Shown here one piece after another: positions 40,460 to 47,933 of a stretch of DNA of 64,000 bases. Position numbers and translations under genes: made by a program. This stretch comes from an uncultured Acidimicrobiales bacterium (GTDB lineage: Bacteria; Actinomycetota; Acidimicrobiia; Acidimicrobiales; JAHEJN01): NCBI GenBank assembly GCA_963700995.1, contig CAVOZP010000004.1, positions 237,712 through 301,711 of the forward strand, given 5' to 3'. How positions within the stretch are numbered: position 1 is the stretch's first letter; every line of letters begins with the position of its first letter. The notes under the pieces were generated by a model. It did no database searches, was not told where the DNA came from, and saw only the letters and a program-made list of their open reading frames with translations.

Positions 40460-42676
40460 TCATGGCGTCGTGTCGTCGAGGGCGAGGGTGCCCCACGTCT
40501 CCGGCACGGTGAAACCGCCGGCGGCGCGTGAGGTATTGCCGACGATGACCGCCTGGAAGCGCACCCCGTCCGAGTCGGCTTCGCCATCGTTGTCGAACAC
40601 GGTGACGAGCGCGCCGAGGGGCTCGCTCGGTGGCCCGGACACACCGAGGACGTTCCACGGGATGACCGCCTCGATGCTGTAGCCGTCGTCGGTGACGCTC
40701 GACGCCACGGTCGCCACGCCGACCCGCGCGTTTCCGAAAATCGTGCCGGTGCCCGAGAACACCACCGATTCCGCACCCGTACCGGCTTGCGGATCGGCGG
40801 GTGACAGCGTGATCTGGAAGTCGTTGCCGTCGGGGTTTGGCGATGGAGCGGAACCGTCGAGGTCGAGGTTGAGGGTGACACCGTCATTGCGCCAGATCTG
40901 ATCGCCGGTTTCGGATGCCGACAGCTCGTCGTCGATGACGTCGCCGTACACGTACAGCGCCGAATCGGTGTAGGCGAGGGTGATCGTGCCCGTTGCGTTG
41001 GTGCCGAATCGGCTGGAAACGTCGGGGTGCGTATAGATGACGAACGGTGTCTCGGAGACGGGCGCGTTCCCGATGAGCTCCCCCGAATCGCCGTCGATCG
41101 TCGGAAGCGTGTCGATACGAGTGGCCCGCGCCTCGCCATCGTCGAGGGTCACCTGCCCGCCGCCGGCGTCGGGATCGGGTTCGGGCCAGAGCGCGATGGC
41201 GACGAAGACGGCTAACACCCCGAGGGCCACCATCGTCGCTACCGCCCGGACGTCTTTGCGCTGCCAGAACGCCAGTGGTTGGATCGGTGTTTGTTCGGGA
41301 GCGGGTGCCGGTTCGGATGCTGGAGCGGGTGTCGGTGCCGGTGTCGGTTCGGGTGCGGGTGCCGGTTCGGGTGCTGGAGCGGGTTCGGGTGTCGGTGCCG
41401 GTGCGGGTGCGGGTGCCGGTGCGGGTGCGGGTGCCGGTTCGGACGCAGGTGCTGGTGCGTCCTCGGCGGTGCGGCGGTAGAGCTCGGCGGGCGGAGCGAC
41501 GATCGGGGGCAGGGGCAGGTCGGGTTCGTCATCGGGAATGATCGGGACCGTGTCGGGCGAGCGGGTCTGAGCGCTGGCGGCGTCGACGTCGAAGATCAAT
41601 CCGTCGGGGGAGCGCATGTAGAGAACGGGGGTGCCCCATTCGATGTCGTTGTCGGATCCGAAGATGGCGCGGCGGGCCTCGGCGAGCGCCGCGTCGATCG
41701 GGAAGCCCTCGGCGACGGCCTGGTACAGCTCGTGGGAGAAGGTGATGGCTGCGTCGTCGGTGATCTCGAACTGCATGGCCACCACGGCGGGAATGCCTTG
41801 GCGGAGGAGGTTCTGGGCCGATCCGGCGAACGGGTCGTCAGCGGCCGCCCGGGCACCCTCGCACGCGTTCAGTACCACGAGACGCAGCGATCGGTGGTCG
41901 TGGAGAATGGTGCCGAGGTCGCGACCGCTCACCTGGCGGCCCCGCCCGGCCGAGTCCTCGAACAACAGCACTCCGCCATCGTCGAAGCCGCCGTGGCCGA
42001 CGAAGTGCAGGATGTGGTATTCACGCCCCCACAGCTGGTGCTGCAAGGTGAGAAGGCTGGCATCGTCGAGGCGATCGATCACCACCAGGCCCCGATTCAC
42101 GAGGTCGGCGACGCTTGCCTCGAGGCGTTGCCATTCGTTGTCTGTGTCGAGGGCAGGGTGATCCGACGGGCTCGAGATCACCACCAGGATCCGCAGGGGC
42201 GAGGCCACCGTGAGCGGCGCAGTGCCAAGGGGCAGGTCGAGGTAGCGGACCACCGGGGTCCACGCCGAGAGCACCAGGAATCGGTCGGCGGTGGTGTTGA
42301 ACAGGTACTCCCAGGGGATCGGCCCCAGTTCGGGCGTGTCGCCCAGACGGAGCCGGATGCGAAGGCCGTGGCCCCGCCGGTTGGTCTCATCGATGCTGCG
42401 GCGAAGACAGTCGCTCACGTCGCCCGAGAAGACCGAGTCGAACAGGTCGGCGCCGAACAGGCGGGCCGAGGCGAGCTCGGTCGACTCGAGACGTCGAACC
42501 CCCCGTCGAGGGCGCCCGACCTTCAACAGGAAGTTCTCCAGCTCGAGGTCGTTGAACGGCAGCGCGAAGTCGGCGACGGCTTGGCCAGATGGTGAGTCGA
42601 TGACGCGCGATCGGTACCTGCCGTCGCCGCCCGGCTCGATCAGCAGGTCGAAGTCGTCGTAACGTCTCTCGACCAT
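40460..42676 (-). CDS. CHAT-domain (caspase-like) protease - Pro/Ala linker - TM helix - CBM9/DOMON-like extracytoplasmic domain
   Basis: 738 aa after GGAGG. HFVGHG (His) and VLNACEG (Cys) motifs. TM helix VATMVALGVLAVFVAIALW. C-terminal motifs LYVYGDVIDDEL and GYSIEAVIPWNVLG. Confidence 0.8.
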   Translation of the reverse strand: MVERRYDDFDLLIEPGGDGRYRSRVIDSPSGQAVADFALPFNDLELENFLLKVGRPRRGVRRLESTELASARLFGADLFDSVFSGDVSDCLRRSIDETNRRGHGLRIRLRLGDTPELGPIPWEYLFNTTADRFLVLSAWTPVVRYLDLPLGTAPLTVASPLRILVVISSPSDHPALDTDNEWQRLEASVADLVNRGLVVIDRLDDASLLTLQHQLWGREYHILHFVGHGGFDDGGVLLFEDSAGRGRQVSGRDLGTILHDHRSLRLVVLNACEGARAAADDPFAGSAQNLLRQGIPAVVAMQFEITDDAAITFSHELYQAVAEGFPIDAALAEARRAIFGSDNDIEWGTPVLYMRSPDGLIFDVDAASAQTRSPDTVPIIPDDEPDLPLPPIVAPPAELYRRTAEDAPAPASEPAPAPAPAPAPAPAPTPEPAPAPEPAPAPEPTPAPTPAPASEPAPAPEQTPIQPLAFWQRKDVRAVATMVALGVLAVFVAIALWPEPDPDAGGGQVTLDDGEARATRIDTLPTIDGDSGELIGNAPVSETPFVIYTHPDVSSRFGTNATGTITLAYTDSALYVYGDVIDDELSASETGDQIWRNDGVTLNLDLDGSAPSPNPDGNDFQITLSPADPQAGTGAESVVFSGTGTIFGNARVGVATVASSVTDDGYSIEAVIPWNVLGVSGPPSEPLGALVTVFDNDGEADSDGVRFQAVIVGNTSRAAGGFTVPETWGTLALDDTTP

Positions 42677-42870
42677 TCCGGCCTCCGTTCTGAATGTCCC
42701 ATGCTATTTCAACCAGAGTCGCGTCGTGAGGGCGTGATACATCCGGCACCAAAGGACGAAATGCCCTTGCCCCTCGGCGCGACGCAGACGAAGATGGCGC
42801 GTGGAGTCACTTGACGTGAAGCGGTAGGGACCCACCCCGTTCGTGCTCGGCGACTCTCGAGCGATCGCAG

Positions 42871-42896
42871 TTGTCACATCGTGATCCCCGTGACAA
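42871..42896 (-). terminator. inverted repeat TTGTCAC-N12-GTGACAA between the DUF389 and CHAT genes
   Basis: Perfect 7-bp arms about 33 nt downstream of the DUF389 stop. Could be a terminator or an operator for the CHAT gene. Confidence 0.3.
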
Positions 42897-42928
42897 TGCC
42901 GAGGGGACGGGCCCGCTGGCGGGCGGGC

Positions 42929-44044
42929 CTAGTCCTCGGCGATGGCGCGATCGGTGGCGACTTCGACCGTCTGGAGGCGCACGTCGACTTTCGCTCCGAG
43001 CTCGTCGGCGAGATGGATGGCCATCTCGTCAGCATGGGGCGCGGTCGGGCCATCGGTGATCACCACGTCGACCACCAACACGCCCTCGGTTCGTTCGACG
43101 CTCACGTCGACCAGTTCGGCCTGCCCTCCCGTCTCGTCGACGTAGGCGTCGAGGGCGAGTTCGACGGCTTCAGTGGGGTCGGCGGCCGGAAGGACGGAGC
43201 TGCGGGTGAAGTGCAGGGGAAGCACCATGATGATCACGGCCACCGCCGCCCAGCGCATACCACCGGCGATACGTCGGTTGCCGACGGCGAACTCGGTGCC
43301 GGGTACCAGGCCGCATATGAGGAAGGTGACTGCCGCAGCCAGCACGATTCCCGTGACGTTGGCCAGGAAGAGCAGGAACGCGCCGAGAGCAAGGGGGTAT
43401 TGCTGGAGTTGGAGGCAGATACCCACGACGGCCAGCGGGGGCACCAGCGCAACGGCCACCGCCACCCCGGTGAGGGCATCGCTCGCCGTGCGGCGTATCT
43501 GGGCGTAGGCACCGGCGGCTCCGGCCGCGAGGGCGATGCCGAGGTCGAGCAGGTTGGGCGAGGTGCGGGCCACGATCTCGCCGGGCAGCGGGTCGAGCTC
43601 ACCCGGGAATACGAATGAGGTGCCGGCGGCCAGCGCAATCGCGCCGGCGGCACCGACCGCGGAGATCGCGACCGAGCGGAGTACGCGCCACGGCCAGCCG
43701 CTCACGACGGCGGCCGCGACGCCGAGGATGGGTGTCATCAGCGGGGCGACGAGCATGGCGCCGATGACCACGGCGGTCGAGTCGGCCAACAACCCCATAA
43801 CGGCAATGAGCACGGCCATGGTCATGAGGGCGCAGAACCGGCGGGCGAAGGGGCCGAACTCGTCGCCCTCGTGAAACAGGGCGTTGCGGATGCGATGTCG
43901 GTCGCCATTGGTCAGCGCGCCCAGTTCCCACCGGCCGAGCAAGCCGACAATCCCGACGCTGCCCGGTCTGACCGGGGCTGTGGAGGGCGGTTGGGATTCG
44001 GGCTCGAGCATTCGGTTACCGATCTCGCCCGCAGGGTGCGACAT
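42929..44044 (-). CDS. DUF389-family membrane protein
   Basis: IGAMLVAPLMTPILG...RTSPNLLDLGIALAAGAAGAY...GVAVAVALVPPLAVVG pattern. Possible starts at 44011, 44044 and 44074; the first codons of the longest ORF overlap an AT-rich repeat region. Confidence 0.8.
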   Translation of the reverse strand: MSHPAGEIGNRMLEPESQPPSTAPVRPGSVGIVGLLGRWELGALTNGDRHRIRNALFHEGDEFGPFARRFCALMTMAVLIAVMGLLADSTAVVIGAMLVAPLMTPILGVAAAVVSGWPWRVLRSVAISAVGAAGAIALAAGTSFVFPGELDPLPGEIVARTSPNLLDLGIALAAGAAGAYAQIRRTASDALTGVAVAVALVPPLAVVGICLQLQQYPLALGAFLLFLANVTGIVLAAAVTFLICGLVPGTEFAVGNRRIAGGMRWAAVAVIIMVLPLHFTRSSVLPAADPTEAVELALDAYVDETGGQAELVDVSVERTEGVLVVDVVITDGPTAPHADEMAIHLADELGAKVDVRLQTVEVATDRAIAED

Positions 44045-44090
44045 CAGATTGCAATGAATGTAACGCATTCGCAATGTATTGCAAGGACCG
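44045..44090. promoter_or_regulatory. AT-richer operator-like region with three ATT(C)GCAA(T/G)G boxes
   Basis: Boxes at 44048, 44067 and 44078 share the palindromic core TTGCAA. An additional GAATG-N5-CATTC inverted repeat is present. The region lies in a divergent intergenic space. Confidence 0.35.
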
Positions 44091-44139
44091 TAAACCAGTC
44101 GCCGCGGAGACGTAATGCAGCAGGACCAGAATTGACAGG

Positions 44140-44207
44140 GCCAGCCGGGGCTCCGGCGATACGGCTTGATCGTGAGATCGATCCAGGGTTCGACTTCCTT
44201 GGCTGGC
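44140..44207 (+). ncRNA. tRNA-like element A (68 nt), not a canonical tRNA
   Basis: Perfect 7-bp terminal pairing GCCAGCC/GGCTGGC and a T-arm-like CAGGG-TTCGACT-TCCTT. The internal part is 4-8 nt too short for a cloverleaf. Confidence 0.4.
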
Positions 44208-44242
44208 TATTGCGGGTACCGGGTGTGAAGCTGACTCGCAGT

Positions 44243-44280
44243 GCTCGAGGCAGCCCCGCTGGGCGGGGGCTACCTCGAGC
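44243..44280 (+). terminator. long GC hairpin followed by a T-rich tract
   Basis: GCTCGAGG-CAGCCCCGC-TGG-GCGGGGGCT-A-CCTCGAGC, then ...TTGTTTCT. Lies 35 nt downstream of element A. Confidence 0.45.
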
Positions 44281-44461
44281 CGCGTCGTTGTTTCTCCCGG
44301 TGGGTCGTCGTCGGGGCCCTCAGCCGAGTGCCCGCGAGACCCGATTTCGACCACCGGGCAAAGCCAAGCGATTCAGGACGAAAGACCATTACCGAACCGG
44401 CATCGGAGGCCGAGCATGACCTTTGGCGCTGCGCGCGGCGCGGCAGAAGGGACGGTTCGAG

Positions 44462-45190
44462 ATGAACCGCAAAATTTTGTATGGCGTATTGGTGATCGGG
44501 GCTCTCCTGATCGCGTTGCCGTTCGCCATGGGCTTGCCCGGCAAGTCGGCTAGTGGCGAGAAGATGATCGACGCGTTCGGACCGATCATGGACGAGCAGA
44601 ACGTCCAGACGACCGCCGACTACTACTACAACGTGTTCGTGCCCCTGGGTGATGTCGTCCCCGCGATGACCCAGGAAAACGTCGACAGGTTCAACGGCTA
44701 CCTGGCCGGGTTCGGTGCCGTGGGCTCCGAGGCGCAGAACCTCGGTCCTGCGATTGGCCAGGCCACCGGCATGACCGACGAGCAGGTGGGCGAGTACCTG
44801 ACCACGGAGTTCCCGGCCATGAACCAGATGTTCCAGGGACTGCCGCAGATGCAAGAGGACTTCGAGGCTCTGCTCGGACTGATGGGCGCCAACGTGGCGA
44901 TCTTCGAGCAGGTGCCGGCGGGTCTCGACCACTACGAGCCGCTCGTCACCACGATGCAAGCCCAGCAACAGAACTACGAAGACATCGCCAGCTTGCCCGA
45001 CTTCCGTTCATTCACCTGGTTCTTCGTGATTCCGGGTGTCTTGTTGGTCGGCCTGGCCGGGTTCGGTCTGCTCACCGACCGCAAGAAGGGCGTACCTGTT
45101 CCGGTCCGCGCGTCGTCAGGTCCGGTCGGTAGCGCCGAGCCACCTTCGGGTGACAAGACGCTGGTCGACACTGCCTCGACCAAGAGCTGA
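44462..45190 (+). CDS. hypothetical membrane protein (N- and C-terminal TM helices)
   Basis: ATG at 44462 (MNRKILYGVLVIGALLIALPF). The middle part is Gln/Met-rich and helical. No family recognised. Confidence 0.6.
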   Translation: MNRKILYGVLVIGALLIALPFAMGLPGKSASGEKMIDAFGPIMDEQNVQTTADYYYNVFVPLGDVVPAMTQENVDRFNGYLAGFGAVGSEAQNLGPAIGQATGMTDEQVGEYLTTEFPAMNQMFQGLPQMQEDFEALLGLMGANVAIFEQVPAGLDHYEPLVTTMQAQQQNYEDIASLPDFRSFTWFFVIPGVLLVGLAGFGLLTDRKKGVPVPVRASSGPVGSAEPPSGDKTLVDTASTKS

Positions 45191-45345
45191 CCGGTGGTGG
45201 CACCGTCACGGCGCGAATGAGTGACGGAGCCGAACGGACCGGGCCTGCTGGGGGGTGGGCCCGGTCCTCGGCGTTTTCTCCCGTCGGCGGACTTGGGACG
45301 AAAGACTGTTGTCGACGCGTTGTTCCAAGACGACGATGAGATCGA

Positions 45346-45412
45346 GCCAGCCGGGGTACGGCGATGCGGAACGATTGCAAGGTCGCTCAAGGGTTCGACT
45401 CCCTCCGCTGGC
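45346..45412 (+). ncRNA. tRNA-like element B (67 nt), paralogue of element A
   Basis: About 78% identical to A by hand alignment. GCCAGCC/CGCTGGC pairs at 6 of 7 positions. T-arm-like AAGGG-TTCGACT-CCCTC. Followed by the hairpin CCGGAC-N7-GTCCGG at 45437-45455. Confidence 0.4.
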
Positions 45413-45419
45413 ACGAGGC

Positions 45420-45759
45420 CCGAGTGCAGGCAGGGGCCGGACGGATCGGGTCCGGGGATCGATCTTGCTTCGCCGGTTCTCGGGTCGGCCACGGCGCCAT
45501 CGGCCACGGCGCGATCGTGGAAGGAATACGTCTGGTACACGAGCGGGTCGCGGTCGGCCAGATAGCCGATGAGGAACTTCTCCCCGGCGGGCTCGGGCAT
45601 CTCACCGGCCCTCGTCCAGCGATTCGCGTCCCCGTCGTAGGCGCATAGCTCGGAACGGAACTGACCGAGTCGTAGTCGATCCTCCACCTCCAGTTGCACC
45701 AGCACCATGCCCGAGACCAGGCTGGCCCCCTCGGCCAGCGGCTCGCCCGTGGGGTTCAT
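45420..45759 (-). CDS. hypothetical protein, 3' end uncertain
   Basis: High third-position GC from ATG 45759 for about 110 codons. The ORF then runs on through element B and antisense to the 44462 gene, so its true end is unknown. Confidence 0.3.
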
Positions 45760-45898
45760 CCGATGCCAGGTGTTGGCCCTCGAGGGCGGGCCAGCCGGGC
45801 CAGCCGTGACCAACGGCCCTTGGCAAGCTCCCGCCATCGGTGGACCCTCGGGATGACGGCGCCTGTCGGTTCCAACCGAACGCGTTGGGAGGCCTGCG

Positions 45899-46750
45899 AT
45901 GCTGAATGCTTCTCGTCTTGCTCAGCTCGTCTCGGCGTTCGTCTGTGCCGCGCTCGTCGCGTCGGCGTGTGGAAGCAGCGACTCCCGAGACCGGCCATTC
46001 GAGGTGACCTCGGAGGTCGTATCGCACAAGACCACCCAGGACATCCTGGTGTTCGCCCCCGATGCCGAGGGGTCGTGGCCGGTCATCTCTGCCATGCACG
46101 GGGTCGGTGGGACGTCCGAGGACATGGCGGAGATCGCGTCCCGACTCGCCAGCGAAGGCTTCGTGGTGTTCGCGCCGACGTACCGCAGCGACATGACCAC
46201 ACAGGAGGGCGTCTTCGATGCCGTCCGCGATGCAGAATGCGGCTACCGCTTCGCCCGAACCATCGCCGCCGACTACGGCGGTGATCTCGACCAGCCCGTC
46301 ACCTTCATGGGTTGGTCGCTGGGTGCGAGCCTGGTGCTCGAAGGGGGTCTCACCGAAGAGATCGATCCATCGCAAGAGGTGGTCAAGTGCTTCACCGAGG
46401 TTCCCCGCGCCGACGTGATCGTGGCCATCTCGGGTTGCCACTACGAGTTCGAAGGGGCCCAGTTCGACTTCGACCTCACCGGGTGGGAGAACCGCGACGC
46501 CGACGTCGTTCTGCTGGCGGGCGAAGACGACACCATCTCCGCGGCCTGGCAGTCGGAGGACGCTGCAGCCGAGTTGCGTTCGGCCGGCTTCGACGTCGAG
46601 CTCGTGATGCTCGAGAGCGCGGATCACTTCGGACCGATCTTCCACGAGCTCGTCGACGGGGACCTCGTCGTGGCGGCCGAGGACCCCGCCGGAGCCCAGA
46701 CCGTCCAGGTGATCGTCGACGCCGTTGCCGCCGGGCAGGCCGGCTCGTGA
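45899..46750 (+). CDS. lipoprotein alpha/beta-hydrolase (esterase/dienelactone-hydrolase-like)
   Basis: Lipobox LVASAC. GWSLGA nucleophile elbow. Asp/His region near the C-terminus (LAGEDD..., ADHF). Confidence 0.75.
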   Translation: MLNASRLAQLVSAFVCAALVASACGSSDSRDRPFEVTSEVVSHKTTQDILVFAPDAEGSWPVISAMHGVGGTSEDMAEIASRLASEGFVVFAPTYRSDMTTQEGVFDAVRDAECGYRFARTIAADYGGDLDQPVTFMGWSLGASLVLEGGLTEEIDPSQEVVKCFTEVPRADVIVAISGCHYEFEGAQFDFDLTGWENRDADVVLLAGEDDTISAAWQSEDAAAELRSAGFDVELVMLESADHFGPIFHELVDGDLVVAAEDPAGAQTVQVIVDAVAAGQAGS

Positions 46751-46852
46751 ATCTCAGTAGCTGCGCATGGCGGCTCCGGCGGATGACTTCCTGGAACGAG
46801 TGATCGGGTCCAGGCGGTCGAGCCCCGCCCCACCTCGGGCCCGGGAGATGGT

Positions 46853-47926
46853 TCAGGGTGGGGGTTGGGCGAAGCGGGAGCCGTTGGTGGTGGCGCGGAA
46901 GTCGGCGAAGGAGATGTCTTCCTGTTTCACGAAACCCGGGCCGGTGACCACGCCGTCGCGCACCATCTCGATCACCGCGGACACCGAACCGGCAGTGGTC
47001 CAGGCGATGGCGGTGCGCCGGCGACCGGCGATGTCGCGGGGCTGGAACGCTCGCACGAACTCGAGCCGCTTCATCTGACCGTCGATGATGCCCTCCGACG
47101 CCACGTGGACGTACACGACGTCTTCGTCGACGGGGGGCTTCGCATGGGTGAGGATCTCGCCGGCCAGCTCACGACGTTCACGCATGAGCAGCTCGTGGAA
47201 GAAGAAGTTCATCAGCTGCATGTGGCCGGGGTAACGCATGGTCTTGTAGTCGATGTTCTCGACCCGGCCCAGGTACGTCTCGCACATGGTGCCCAGCCCG
47301 CCCGATGTGGTGAAGGCCTCGAGCTTGGTACCCGCCACGTAAATGGTCTCGAGCCACTCCATGGGCGACACCCACTTGTGCACGCCCTCCTCGATCACCT
47401 CGCAGTCGTTCAGGTACTCGTTCACCACCCCTTCGGGTGACCAGTTGAACGCGTAAGCGAGCAGGCCGGTTGGGTGATGGGGTAGCGCGCCCACCCGCAT
47501 GCGGATCGAGCGGCACTGCTCGAACGACTCGGCCTGGGTCGAGGCGACGATGCCCACGAAACCCGGCGCGAGCCCACACTGCGGGATCATCACGCCGGTG
47601 GCCGTCTCGGCCAGCTCCCGGATGCGAGTCGTGGTCGGCACGTCCTCGGTGAGGTCGAAGTAGTGGATGCCCGCTTCGTGGGCGCACTCGGCTACATCGA
47701 CGTTGCGGTGGTACGGCAGACACGAGAGCACGGCGTCGACCCCACCGAGCAGCTCGGCCAGTGCCCGGCGCGAGGTGACATCGGTGTCCAAGAACGTATG
47801 GGGCACGTCATGGGTGGGTCGGCGGACATCGACGCCGGTCACCTCGAAGCCTTCCTCGTGCAGGAGTGTGGCGGCGAGCAGGCCCACCTTGCCGAGGCCG
47901 AGGACGGCGATTCGTTCAAACGTCAT
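46853..47926 (-). CDS. saccharopine dehydrogenase-family enzyme (lysine 6-dehydrogenase-like)
   Basis: ATG at 47926 (MTFERIAVLGLGKVG Rossmann motif). 357 aa. Adjacent to the ALDH7-type gene. Confidence 0.75.
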   Translation of the reverse strand: MTFERIAVLGLGKVGLLAATLLHEEGFEVTGVDVRRPTHDVPHTFLDTDVTSRRALAELLGGVDAVLSCLPYHRNVDVAECAHEAGIHYFDLTEDVPTTTRIRELAETATGVMIPQCGLAPGFVGIVASTQAESFEQCRSIRMRVGALPHHPTGLLAYAFNWSPEGVVNEYLNDCEVIEEGVHKWVSPMEWLETIYVAGTKLEAFTTSGGLGTMCETYLGRVENIDYKTMRYPGHMQLMNFFFHELLMRERRELAGEILTHAKPPVDEDVVYVHVASEGIIDGQMKRLEFVRAFQPRDIAGRRRTAIAWTTAGSVSAVIEMVRDGVVTGPGFVKQEDISFADFRATTNGSRFAQPPP

Positions 47927-47933
47927 CGACGGC

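Noticed and set aside
41290-41460. Degenerate GCNCCN-type DNA repeats (also 9440..9545) that might be a VNTR or regulatory repeat
   Set aside because: They are in frame and encode the Pro/Ala/Glu and Pro/Thr low-complexity linkers of the CHAT and S8 proteins.
45346-45412. A genuine second tRNA gene (likewise 44140..44207)
   Set aside because: The acceptor-like and T-arm-like parts are present, but the region for positions 8-48 is only 36-37 nt. No proper D arm or 7-nt anticodon loop can be drawn. Kept as tRNA-like elements only.
38000-46800. Genomic island or prophage around the CHAT/lipase/DUF389/tRNA-like region
   Set aside because: I recognised no integrase, transposase, phage structural or plasmid genes. 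I saw no sustained compositional shift apart from one short AT-richer spacer. The tRNA-like repeats bracket only about 1.2 kb.
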